Assembly (NCBI GenBank): GCA_035343375.1
Contig: DAOQYW010000010.1
Span: 2,236-66,235 of the forward strand
Direction of reading: 5' to 3'
Source of the DNA: Bacteroidales bacterium
Lineage (GTDB): Bacteria; Bacteroidota; Bacteroidia; Bacteroidales; ML635J-15
DNA length: 64,000 bases
This document shows, piece by piece, positions 28,367-38,637 of the stretch. The translations under genes were made by a program, and so were the position numbers. The notes under the pieces are model-generated. The model was not told where the DNA came from. It saw only the letters and a list, made by a program, of their open reading frames with translations, and searched no databases. The stretch's first letter is position 1. Each line of letters starts with the position of its first letter.

Positions 28367-28912
28367 CTCAATAATTATTTAATTCTGTAATAGCAATATT
28401 AATATAATTATTCCATTGAAAATATGATTATTATTGCTTTTCAATAGGTTTTATAACATTTATTTTTAGCTTAAATTTCAGAGTTTTTTTTAGGAAAATT
28501 ATTGACGTATTTTGCTTTTTTTCTTTAGTGTTTGATAATTTTAAAATATTTTCTTTAATCAGTTGCACAGACAGATATAGGAGTGAGAGTTGGATGATGA
28601 GTATTTATAACAGATTTCTCACTCTTCCTGCGTCAGAGTTCGAAATCCTTTTTAAATATACACTAGTGTCCCTTCATTTTTTCGCCTTCAGAGTTCGAAT
28701 GTAAACATTGGCTATGATAGTGTTTTTTTTTGGTAATAATTTAGTTAGTTCAATATTCTGAGCCCGGAGGGCTCAAATGTCAGTAACCCCGACTTTTAAG
28801 TCGGGGGTTTACAAACTAAAACAATAGCTTTTGGCGTGTGTCTTTGCGGCGAAGCAAAGCAAAGACCATGACAAAAACATTTTTGGGTGATAATATAAAT
28901 GACTAGTGCAAA

Positions 28913-28938
28913 AAAAGAACCCTAATAGAGTTCTTTTT
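28913..28938 (-). terminator. Rho-independent terminator of the rubrerythrin-like gene
   Basis: On the minus strand the stem AAAGAAC / GTTCTTT is followed by TTTTT, 24 nt after the stop codon. Confidence 0.5.
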
Positions 28939-28961
28939 ATAAAAAATTTACAAACTTATTA

Positions 28962-29417
28962 TTACCAAACTTCAGTATAAGCAGTTGAAGAATATATATC
29001 TTCAAGTCTTGTCTTATGACCTTTTTCCATTATTGCTAATTGCATAAATAACTCTTTCTGAGATTCATTATCACTTGCATTTGCAAATTCTTCATACATT
29101 TTCATAGCTTCTTCTTCTTTTTTCATTGCTAAAGCAAGACCGTCAGCAAAAGACATATCAGAGGTCAATTTAGGCAATTCTATCGATTCCGAAATTTTAT
29201 AATCAGCAGTTTCTTTAAATTGCATCTGTTTAGTTTCGTTGTTAAGAAAAGCTTCTAATGTAATTTTATGTTTTTTTTCTTCTTCTGCAAGTTCTGTAAA
29301 TGTTGCTTTGAGATTAGCATTTTTTGATTTATTAGCTGCATTCAAATAAAATTCGTATGCTTCAACTTCATTAGCAATCGCTATCTTTAAAATGTTTTTG
29401 TACTCATTTGTTGTCAT
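28962..29417 (-). CDS. Rubrerythrin/ferritin-like di-iron four-helix-bundle protein (no rubredoxin domain)
   Basis: Paired E...ExxH signatures are present (EVEAYEFY, EEEKKHK, EEEAMKMY, MEKGHK). The protein is 151 aa. Confidence 0.65.
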   Translation of the reverse strand: MTTNEYKNILKIAIANEVEAYEFYLNAANKSKNANLKATFTELAEEEKKHKITLEAFLNNETKQMQFKETADYKISESIELPKLTSDMSFADGLALAMKKEEEAMKMYEEFANASDNESQKELFMQLAIMEKGHKTRLEDIYSSTAYTEVW

Positions 29418-29611
29418 AATATTATTTTTAGTATGTTTTTATAATTTTTAAATCTTTCGCAAAATAATTAAAAATTATTTATTACAACTCAAAAAGTTAA
29501 TCAATTAGTAATTTTTTTAATTTTGTACTTTCGGAAAGTTTGTTCTTTCTGATAAATTTTTGGAATAATTTAATTGTTCAATCGAGAAAACTAAAATAAT
29601 AAATAGAATAA

Positions 29612-30910
<1,299 letters not shown>

Positions 30911-30919
30911 ACTGTTTTA

Positions 30920-31390
30920 ATGTTAAATGTTGAAATCCCCGGTTCTGATAATATCACTGCCAGATATTTAGTATTAGATTATAATGGTACTCTGGCAAAA
31001 GATGGTACTATTCTTAAAGGAGTGGCAGATAAACTTAATATTTTATCGAAAGTTTTATCTGTTTATATTATTACAGCCGATACATTTGGAACTGTAAAAT
31101 CAAATCTAAAAAACTGTAATTGTGAATGTGTAATTATTGCGGGAGAATATCAAGGTAAACAAAAATGTGAATTCATTAAAAACCTGAATTCTTCCGAAGT
31201 AATTGCTATAGGTAATGGTTTTAACGATGCATTAATGCTTAAAGAATCAGCTTTGGGGATTGCTTTAATTCAGGATGAAGGAGCATCAGTTAAAACAGTT
31301 TGTAACGCTGATATCGTTTGTACGGATATCTTAGTCGCACTTGATCTGTTGTTAAATCCAAAAAGGATAAAAGCAACTTTAAGAAATTAG
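30920..31390 (+). CDS. HAD-superfamily protein resembling a soluble P-type ATPase fragment (COG4087-like)
   Basis: HAD motif I is LVLDYNGTL, and the motif IV region is IGNGFNDALML. The protein is 156 aa. Confidence 0.6.
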   Translation: MLNVEIPGSDNITARYLVLDYNGTLAKDGTILKGVADKLNILSKVLSVYIITADTFGTVKSNLKNCNCECVIIAGEYQGKQKCEFIKNLNSSEVIAIGNGFNDALMLKESALGIALIQDEGASVKTVCNADIVCTDILVALDLLLNPKRIKATLRN

Positions 31391-31397
31391 TTTTGTA

Positions 31398-31535
31398 CTA
31401 GTCGAAAGCAACTTTTTCAAAACAACTGTAAATATTAAAATTATCTGCACGGGCAAAACCTATTATGCAAATATTATTTTTCTCTGCTAATTCAATTGCT
31501 TTTATTGTTGGGGCATTTTCGCTTATTTCGACTGT
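31398..31535 (-). pseudogene. Orphan 3'-terminal fragment of fdhD (duplicate of the end of the gene at 33839..34627)
   Basis: About 130 nt are near-identical to 33828-33960, with about 5 substitutions. It would encode ...APTIKAIELAEKNNICIIGFARADNFNIYSCFEKVAFD-stop with no upstream gene body. Confidence 0.7.
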
Positions 31536-31586
31536 CTTGCTATTAGAAGAGAATGTTTGGTATTCTAAACGGTTTTGTTGATCAAA

Positions 31587-33089
31587 TTAGTCTATTTTTA
31601 TTAGTTTTCCTCTAACAATCATTTTGTTAGAATTATTTCGTGCTTCATAGTAGTAAATGCCATTTATTAATTCATTACAATCAATAATGGTTTTTTTTTC
31701 ATACAATTTGTATGTTTTAACTATTTTCCCGATTTGGTCATAAATTGAAAAATCAATATCAACCATGTTGTAGTTGTTTGCTATTTCAATAGTAACAGTA
31801 TTGTTGAATGGGTTGGGATAAATTTTAATATTAGTTAAAACATTTGCGGTACTTATTCCTGAAGAAGTAACGCTAATATCCATGCAATCTGTATCCGTAA
31901 TACAACTATCTCCCGCTGTCAGGCAAACCGAATATGTCCCGTCGTTTGCGAAAGTATGTTGGGGGTTTTGTTCAGTAGAATAAGTACTATCACCAAAATC
32001 CCAATACCAATAATTATCGGTATTGACAGAATTATCAGTAAAATACACCGTAAGTCCTGCATTAACAAAAGAGAAAGCAGCAACAGGTGAAAAATCCGGT
32101 ACATAGTGCCAGGGGGTTTCAAATAAAATCCTTTCAGCAATAGGGATACTATCACCGGCTGCAACTGTATTGTATAATGCATATCCATCGTGTCCTATAT
32201 CAGGTATTTCTGCATATTGCCACTGCAAATTGGTTCCTCTGTTAACTGCGTTAGTGTCAGAAAAATTGTAAAATGCTATTGCCCGCTCGTAGCGGTCATC
32301 TCCGCCCTGATTAGGACAAAAACCCGGAAAATCAATAGTGTCAGCAGTGCCAATTAATACCGCATAGTTTTCATTGTAGTATTGCTTTACATGAGAGTTG
32401 CAGATTAATTGGTTAACTGGGATATAAGTCCAAACGCTATTACAATTGTATATAGGAGACTCGCCAGCCAAGCCACAACGATAAAATTTCCAATTCATTG
32501 CTGAGCCATTAAAAGTGTCTGTACATAGCGTGTAATTAGCCGGATCAACCGAAACCGACATTACAATAGGAATTGAATCAGGATCAAATTGTCTTACCAG
32601 CATATAACGGGAAACAAATTGACCACCCTGTGAAAAACCTGTAAGGTAAACAGGAATGCTGACCCTGTTTTCTCTTGCCAATATATACCGATATATTTGC
32701 TTTAATATTTGCGTAGACCACAAAATAGTAGCACATTCTGTAATTGTATCATAACTTGCATCACTAACATAAGCCCAGCCAAGCATACCTGTATGCATAG
32801 TTGGCGAAACAATAAGTGCATTTCTTCTTTCAGAAGTTTCTTGTAAGATAGAAATACCTTCTGCTCCAGAACCGCCCGAACCGTGGATATACCACAATAT
32901 AGGGCTATTTAAACTATCGTAATTAATTGGTTTATAGATACTAAAATGATATGCGCCTCCAGGTAATATACAATTATCTTCAAGTTCAATTATTAAAGAA
33001 TCATTAGATGCACCAAAAGAGTACGTTTGAGTGTAACCTGAAAAAGAAACAACAATGCATAATTGCATACAAACAAAGAACTTTTTCAT
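31587..33089 (-). CDS. Secreted alpha/beta-hydrolase (esterase-like) with PKD domain and T9SS C-terminal sorting domain
   Basis: A signal peptide is present. The oxyanion/nucleophile motifs are HGSGGSG and GFSQGG. The PKD-like region reads WDFGDSTYSTEQNPQHTFANDGTYSV. The C-terminal IKIYPNPFNNTVTIE... is a T9SS tail. Confidence 0.7.
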   Translation of the reverse strand: MKKFFVCMQLCIVVSFSGYTQTYSFGASNDSLIIELEDNCILPGGAYHFSIYKPINYDSLNSPILWYIHGSGGSGAEGISILQETSERRNALIVSPTMHTGMLGWAYVSDASYDTITECATILWSTQILKQIYRYILARENRVSIPVYLTGFSQGGQFVSRYMLVRQFDPDSIPIVMSVSVDPANYTLCTDTFNGSAMNWKFYRCGLAGESPIYNCNSVWTYIPVNQLICNSHVKQYYNENYAVLIGTADTIDFPGFCPNQGGDDRYERAIAFYNFSDTNAVNRGTNLQWQYAEIPDIGHDGYALYNTVAAGDSIPIAERILFETPWHYVPDFSPVAAFSFVNAGLTVYFTDNSVNTDNYWYWDFGDSTYSTEQNPQHTFANDGTYSVCLTAGDSCITDTDCMDISVTSSGISTANVLTNIKIYPNPFNNTVTIEIANNYNMVDIDFSIYDQIGKIVKTYKLYEKKTIIDCNELINGIYYYEARNNSNKMIVRGKLIKID

Positions 33090-33092
33090 AAA

Positions 33093-33635
33093 TTATTTTA
33101 TTATTGATAATTTAATAACCCTTGTTTCATTGATTGTTTGTAGCACCCCAAGATAAATTCCTTGTTGTAAATTCTGCGAATTAAATTCAACCTTGTATAA
33201 CTTATCGGCAAGCGTAATATCATTAAATATCGTAGAAACTACCCTGCCTGTATAATCAAATACTTGCAGTTTGGTTAAGCTTTCCTGATGCACTGTAAAG
33301 CTTACGACTGTATTGGTATTAAATGGATTGGGGTATGCAACAAAAATTTCATCTGATATTACATTGTTTTTTCTTTCATTATTTGCAATATCTATCTTCC
33401 TATTGTAATCACAAGAACCAACGCAATCCCCATGTGCCAGATGTGCAGGTAAAGCTGCAGGACTTACGCATATTGTCTGAGGATTATCAGGATTGCCGGG
33501 TGGTACATGACAAATCAATACTTTTTTTCCGTTGCCACAAGTTACTACAGGAACATCTACTGCAGACGAGTAACGTCTTAAAGACAAGTGTTTTTCAAAT
33601 ACCATAAAGAAACAAGAAATAGCAATTTGTTTCAT
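33093..33635 (-). CDS. Small secreted protein with T9SS C-terminal sorting domain
   Basis: The CHVPPGNPDNPQTICVSPAALPAHLAHGD motif is followed by a VAYPNPFNTNTVVSF... sorting domain. Function is unknown. Confidence 0.55.
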   Translation of the reverse strand: MKQIAISCFFMVFEKHLSLRRYSSAVDVPVVTCGNGKKVLICHVPPGNPDNPQTICVSPAALPAHLAHGDCVGSCDYNRKIDIANNERKNNVISDEIFVAYPNPFNTNTVVSFTVHQESLTKLQVFDYTGRVVSTIFNDITLADKLYKVEFNSQNLQQGIYLGVLQTINETRVIKLSIIK

Positions 33636-33838
33636 AATAATGTATTTTTCATTTGTATTTTGGTTGATGTAATTTTACGTATATACTACATCAGATGTTT
33701 CAATTTAGCTTAAATATTTATTTTAAACAAAACATCTTGTTTTTAAATTGTCAATTGTATTGGACTTTATCAGGAAAAATGAGATACTAATAAATTAGCG
33801 AACGATCTGTTATTGATTAGTTATTACATAGTTTTGTG

Positions 33839-34627
33839 CTAGTCGAAAGCAACTTTTTCAAAACAACTGTAAATATTAAAATTATCGGCTCGGGCAAAAC
33901 CAATTATGCAAATATTATTTTTCTCTGCTAATTCAATTGCTTTTATTGTTGGGGCACTTCTCGAAATAATGATTTGAATATCTGCATTTATAGATTTAAT
34001 AACTATTTCGGAAGATATTCTTCCACTCGTCAGTAAAATTTTGTCACTAAAATTTTGTTTATTCAGATAAAGTGCACCGATAACCTTGTCAACAGCATTA
34101 TGCCTTCCTATATCTTCCATAAAAACAACAATTTCCTTGTGAGTTGCTAGTGCTGAACTATGTACTCCACCTGTTTCTCTGAATAAATCGGAAGTCTTGT
34201 TGAATTCTTTCATTAAATCTGAAATTTCACTTTGCTGTATCGAAATATAAGGTAAATCTTCCTTGTCTTTTTCTATTTTAATAAACAGCGAATCGCCGGC
34301 TCCACAACCCAATGGCTTAAAAACCGAAAATTCTTTTTCTTTTAGAATGTTGTTATTCTCTAAACTTACGTCAAATTTCTTTTTGTCTTCAATATATTCA
34401 AGATGCAATAATTTATTCGTTTTACTTACAATCCCCGATGTTACAAGATATCCTGCCGTAAGCTCCTTTGTGTGCGAAGGAGAGCAAGTGATTGTTCCTA
34501 CAACCTCGCATTGTATGCTTATATTAAAACTAATTTCTGTTACTATTGTGTCATCAATTATTGTTTTTATGCCATTCTTAAACCTAACAATCTGTCTCTT
34601 AGCTGTTTCTTCTCTGTTATTCTCCAT
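33839..34627 (-). CDS. fdhD: Formate dehydrogenase accessory sulfurtransferase FdhD
   Basis: Motifs are GRHNAVDKVIG, SGRISSEIVIKS and SRSAPTIKAIELAE. The active-site loop reads GCGAGD (single Cys). Confidence 0.8.
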   Translation of the reverse strand: MENNREETAKRQIVRFKNGIKTIIDDTIVTEISFNISIQCEVVGTITCSPSHTKELTAGYLVTSGIVSKTNKLLHLEYIEDKKKFDVSLENNNILKEKEFSVFKPLGCGAGDSLFIKIEKDKEDLPYISIQQSEISDLMKEFNKTSDLFRETGGVHSSALATHKEIVVFMEDIGRHNAVDKVIGALYLNKQNFSDKILLTSGRISSEIVIKSINADIQIIISRSAPTIKAIELAEKNNICIIGFARADNFNIYSCFEKVAFD

Positions 34628-34779
34628 TTTTGTATTCTTTTGAACAAATATAATCCTATTTTGTAATTAAAATATATTATGTTTAAAAATTCATTATTAT
34701 GTTTTTTTGACACAATTGTTTATTTTTGCAATTCGCTTTTGTGTAGCACAATACAAAAGCTAATTTTAATACGATTCAG

Positions 34780-35955
34780 ATGATAACACATAATGAAGCC
34801 CTCAAGATAGTTCTCAATTCTGATTTTTTAATGGAAACAGAAATGATACCCGTATCGGAATCGCTTAACAGAGTTCTTGCGGAAGATGCTGTTTCAGGAA
34901 TATTTATGCCTCCGTTTAATAAAAGTATGGTTGACGGTTATGCATGTTTGAAAAATGATATAGACAAAGTACTTGTGTTAGATGCTGTTGTCGGTGCTGG
35001 AAATCTATCTTCACTACAAATAAAACAAGGACATTGCATAAAAGTTATGACTGGTGCTCCGGTTCCAATAAATACCGGTCTTGTTGTGATGATTGAGGAT
35101 GTCACTCTGACAGAATCAGGTAAGATTGAAATAGTCAATAAAAACTCCTCGAAAAATATTTCGCCTAAAGGTGAAGATATTAAAGCAGGAGACAAAGTAC
35201 TTGAAAAAGGGATATTGTTAAAACCTTTTCATTGCGGTATTCTTGCAACTTTAGGTAAGTCATTGGTATCAGTTTATAAAAAAGTAAGAGTTGGTATTAT
35301 TGTTACCGGAGACGAAATAATTGAACCGGGAAATCAGTTAGCTACAGCTCAAATATACAATTCAAATGCATATCAAATTATAAATAATTGCCGTACTCTT
35401 AATATTGTTCCTGAATATTTTGGAATTGCACATGATTCTTACAAGGGTGTGGAATCGGCAATTAATTCAATGCTCGAAGGAAATGATGTTTTGATTATTA
35501 CAGGAGGGGTTTCGATGGGCGATTATGATTATGTAGCTCCGGTTTTGAAAAATTCGGGCATGGATGTAAAATTTGATAGTATTTTGGCTCAACCCGGTCG
35601 TCCTCTAGTCTTTGCATCAGATCGAAAGAAGTTTTGCTTTGGAATGCCCGGAAATCCTGTTTCCGGCTTAGTGCTTTTCGAAACAATTGTCAAACCATTC
35701 TTGTACAAAACTATGGGTCATAATTTTAAACCCTGCGAAAATCAATATAAATTAAAAAATAAGCTGGTACGCAAAAAAGCAACAAGAAAATCTTTTTATC
35801 CGGTAAAGCTTAACGAAGACAATACAGTTAGTGCAATTACATATCACGGTTCGGCACATCTTAATGCTTATGCCGAAGCTTTTGGTATTACTGCGATGGA
35901 AATAGGCGTTCTTGAAATTAACGAAGGACAAATGATAGATGTTAGACAGATTTAA
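34780..35955 (+). CDS. moeA: Molybdopterin molybdenum/tungsten transferase MoeA
   Basis: Motifs are NKSMVDGYA, ITGGVSMGDYDY and MPGNPVSG. The protein is 391 aa. Confidence 0.88.
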   Translation: MITHNEALKIVLNSDFLMETEMIPVSESLNRVLAEDAVSGIFMPPFNKSMVDGYACLKNDIDKVLVLDAVVGAGNLSSLQIKQGHCIKVMTGAPVPINTGLVVMIEDVTLTESGKIEIVNKNSSKNISPKGEDIKAGDKVLEKGILLKPFHCGILATLGKSLVSVYKKVRVGIIVTGDEIIEPGNQLATAQIYNSNAYQIINNCRTLNIVPEYFGIAHDSYKGVESAINSMLEGNDVLIITGGVSMGDYDYVAPVLKNSGMDVKFDSILAQPGRPLVFASDRKKFCFGMPGNPVSGLVLFETIVKPFLYKTMGHNFKPCENQYKLKNKLVRKKATRKSFYPVKLNEDNTVSAITYHGSAHLNAYAEAFGITAMEIGVLEINEGQMIDVRQI

Positions 35956-36739
35956 AAGAAATATTAATTATCTTAGGGTATCAGTTACAGACAGATGTAA
36001 CTTAAGGTGTGTTTATTGCATGCCTGAAGAGGGAATAAAACATATTCCACATTCTCAAATATTAAGGTTTGAAGAAATTGTTGATGTTTGTAGAACTGCT
36101 GTAGATTTGGGAGTAAACAAAATAAGAATTACTGGTGGAGAACCATTGGTGAGAAAGGGAATAGTTGATCTGGTAAGTGCAATTGCAAAAATTAAGGGAG
36201 TTGATGATTTGAATATGACAACTAATGGAATTTTGCTCGGACAGTTTGCACAACAATTAAAAGACGCCGGATTGATGAGAGTTAATATAAGTCTTGATAC
36301 TCTCGATCCTGATGAATATAAAAGAATTACCAGAGGTGGAGATATAAAAGATGTTATAAAAGGTATTGTTGCAGCTCAAAAAGCCGCCTTGGAACCAATA
36401 AAGCTAAATGCTGTTGTCTTTGACAAGAATGATGATTCGATGAAAGTCGCTCTTAAACATTTTGCATCAAAAATGGGTTTGCAAATAAGGTTTATTTCAC
36501 AAATGAATCTCGAAACTGGAGATTTTTCAATAGTTGAAGGTGGTACGGGTGGTGATTGTGCTATATGTAACAGGATAAGACTCACAGCCAACGGATTTAT
36601 AAAACCTTGTTTGTTTTCTGATGATGAATACTCCGTTCGGGAGATGGGAGCAAAAGAAGCAATTTTAAAGGCTGTAATGTTTAAACCCGAAAAAGGAGTA
36701 AGTTGTACGCATAGAAATTTTTATAATATTGGTGGTTGA
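35939..36739 (+). CDS. moaA: GTP 3',8-cyclase MoaA (radical SAM), compact form
   Basis: The radical SAM cluster motif is CNLRCVYCMPEEG. ITGGEPL is present. The C-terminal CX2CX13C motif is CAICNRIRLTANGFIKPC, and the terminal Gly-Gly is retained. Confidence 0.85.
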   Translation: MLDRFKRNINYLRVSVTDRCNLRCVYCMPEEGIKHIPHSQILRFEEIVDVCRTAVDLGVNKIRITGGEPLVRKGIVDLVSAIAKIKGVDDLNMTTNGILLGQFAQQLKDAGLMRVNISLDTLDPDEYKRITRGGDIKDVIKGIVAAQKAALEPIKLNAVVFDKNDDSMKVALKHFASKMGLQIRFISQMNLETGDFSIVEGGTGGDCAICNRIRLTANGFIKPCLFSDDEYSVREMGAKEAILKAVMFKPEKGVSCTHRNFYNIGG

Positions 36740-36748
36740 AGTCTATAT

Positions 36749-36821
36749 GCCACTAAGACACGAAGTTACAAAGAAAAAGGTTAATGAATTAGTGTTAAAA
36801 AATGTAACTTAGTGCTTAGTG
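36749..36821. repeat. Left-flank repeats of the GxxExxY element
   Basis: GCCACTAAGACAC (36749-36761) is the exact inverse of GTGTCTTAGTGGC found twice on the right flank. A tandem CTTAGTG-CTTAGTG lies at 36808-36821. Confidence 0.8.
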
Positions 36822-36843
36822 TTATAGTTACAAAAAAATAAAA

Positions 36844-37242
36844 ATGAAAAAGGATTTTAATAAATTAACACCTGAGGAAGAGAATATCGCAAAAGCTATT
36901 GTTGATGCAGCATATATAGTTCATTGTGAATTAGGACCGGGACTACTTGAAAAAGTATATGAAGTCTGTTTTTGTCACGTTATGAAGAAAAAAGGATTTC
37001 ATGTTCAGAGGCAGATAAATATACCGATTATATTTGATAACATCGTTTTTGATGAAGGATTAAGATTAGATGTACTAATTAATGATTTAGTAATCTGTGA
37101 ACTTAAAGCGGTTGATATTGTTAATCCTGTATGGGAAGCCCAATTATTAAGTCATTTGAAATTAACTAAAAAACGCATTGGTTTTTTAATTAATTTTAAT
37201 GTTCCAATTATTAAATCAGGAATAAAGCGAATGATATTATAA
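36844..37242 (+). CDS. GxxExxY family protein (PD-(D/E)XK nuclease-like fold)
   Basis: The signature GPGLLEKVYE contains G-x-x-E-x-x-Y, and ICELKAV is present. The protein is 132 aa. It is inserted between moaA and moaC and flanked by short repeats. Confidence 0.8.
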   Translation: MKKDFNKLTPEEENIAKAIVDAAYIVHCELGPGLLEKVYEVCFCHVMKKKGFHVQRQINIPIIFDNIVFDEGLRLDVLINDLVICELKAVDIVNPVWEAQLLSHLKLTKKRIGFLINFNVPIIKSGIKRMIL

Positions 37243-37385
37243 CTTAGTGTCTTAGTGTCTTAGTGGCATTAAATAAAAATTATTAAATTCTTTTGTGTAA
37301 TTTTGTGACTTAGTGACAAAAAATTATAGCTTAGTGTCTTAGTGGCAAAAAAAATATAACTTTGTGTCTTAGTGACTTAGTGGCA
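37243..37385 (+). repeat. Array of eight CTTAGTG(T/G/A) octamer units
   Basis: The units form three tandem copies at 37243-37266, one at 37309-37316, two at 37330-37345 and two at 37368-37383. The array starts right after the GxxExxY stop codon and ends 6 nt before the moaC ATG. Confidence 0.85.
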
Positions 37386-37390
37386 AAAAA

Positions 37391-37858
37391 ATGAATATGA
37401 CAAATAAATTCTCACACATAAACAACAAGACCGGCAAAGCCAACATGGTAGATGTAGGCGACAAACCGGACAGCCTAAGAATTGCTGTAGCAACCGGTTT
37501 AATAAAGTTATCCCCCGAAACAGTAAAAATGATTCGTGACAACAGTATGAAAAAAGGGGAAGTCCTTTCTATTTCAGAGTTTGCAGGAATTATTGCTGCC
37601 AAAAAGACCTCCGAACTCATACCGCTTTGTCACCAACTTAATCTTACCAAAGTTGATGTAATCGCAGAAATAAAGGATAATGGAGTTGAAATTACAGCTA
37701 CAACTAAATGTATCGGTCAAACGGGAGTTGAAATGGAAGCTCTCACAGCCGTAAGTGTAGGACTGCTAACTATTTACGATATGTGTAAAGCTGTGGATAA
37801 GAATATGATTATAGAAGAAATAAAATTAGTAAATAAAACTAAAAGTCCTTGCAAATAG
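37391..37858 (+). CDS. moaC: Cyclic pyranopterin monophosphate synthase MoaC
   Basis: Motifs are MVDVGDKP, ELIPLCHQL and TGVEMEALTAVSV. The protein is 155 aa. Confidence 0.9.
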   Translation: MNMTNKFSHINNKTGKANMVDVGDKPDSLRIAVATGLIKLSPETVKMIRDNSMKKGEVLSISEFAGIIAAKKTSELIPLCHQLNLTKVDVIAEIKDNGVEITATTKCIGQTGVEMEALTAVSVGLLTIYDMCKAVDKNMIIEEIKLVNKTKSPCK

Positions 37859-37880
37859 CTGTTTTTATTAATTAAATAGA

Positions 37881-38540
37881 ATGCATTTTAATAAATTATA
37901 TTTAACATTATTGTTGGTTATAGTAAATATTACCTCTTTTTCCCAGTTAAATCCAATTAATGATCTTAATTTTCAGCATACATACTGGTATGGAAATAGC
38001 TTTTGCCCTTCATACAACTGTTTTACACTATCCTGGTCACCTCCTGATATTTCAAGCGATACTTTAGTTGGATATAATGTGTATAAAGATGAAGTATTGT
38101 GGCTGTTTACTGTAGATTGTCAAATTGACTGTCAGGGTATTGGACCATGCGATTATCCTGATTTTTATAATAATTATCCATTTTGGATAAAAGTAAAATC
38201 AGTTTATAATACTGCAAATGTTGAGTCTGTTGCAAATGATTCAATTTTTATGAATGATTTATATACAAATATTGATGAAATAAATGTTCTAGAATTTGTT
38301 CTGTTGCAAAACCCAATTGTTGCTGGAGAAAATATATCATTATTATTACCTATTCACGAACAGTATTTATGTAGTGTTAAATTGTTTAATCTATATGGTC
38401 AATTGTTAAAAGACTTCAAGATTTCTAATAGCCCATATTCTATTTTAACTTTTTCTTCTACTAATTTGCCTGCCGGTGTTTATATTATAGATGTGGAAAT
38501 AGATGGACAATTAACTAGCAGAAAGCTTGTTATAGAGTAA
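37881..38540 (+). CDS. Secreted hypothetical protein with T9SS C-terminal sorting domain
   Basis: A signal peptide is present. The C-terminal LLQNPIVAGENISLLL...GVYIIDVEIDGQLTSRKLVIE is a T9SS tail. Confidence 0.55.
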   Translation: MHFNKLYLTLLLVIVNITSFSQLNPINDLNFQHTYWYGNSFCPSYNCFTLSWSPPDISSDTLVGYNVYKDEVLWLFTVDCQIDCQGIGPCDYPDFYNNYPFWIKVKSVYNTANVESVANDSIFMNDLYTNIDEINVLEFVLLQNPIVAGENISLLLPIHEQYLCSVKLFNLYGQLLKDFKISNSPYSILTFSSTNLPAGVYIIDVEIDGQLTSRKLVIE

Positions 38541-38637
38541 GATAATAAGCAATATGTCTCAAATTTAATGAATTCCGCATTTGTCAATCAATATTTATAT
38601 ACTTTTGTGTCATGATTTTTAAAAATTCGTTTTAATT

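Noticed and set aside
28633-28699. tRNA-like T-loop sequences (GAGTTCGAA occurs twice).
   Set aside because: The flanks cannot form a T stem or an acceptor stem, so no cloverleaf is possible. I treated them as direct repeats instead.
35939-36739. MoaA looks short (266 aa), so it might be truncated or a pseudogene.
   Set aside because: Both cluster motifs (CX3CX2C and CX2CX13C) and the C-terminal Gly-Gly are present, and the frame is intact. It is more likely a compact ortholog.
37243-37385. Possible CRISPR array, also considered for 39564..39626.
   Set aside because: The units are only 7-9 nt and are contiguous or irregularly spaced, with no unique spacers of about 30 nt. No cas genes lie nearby.
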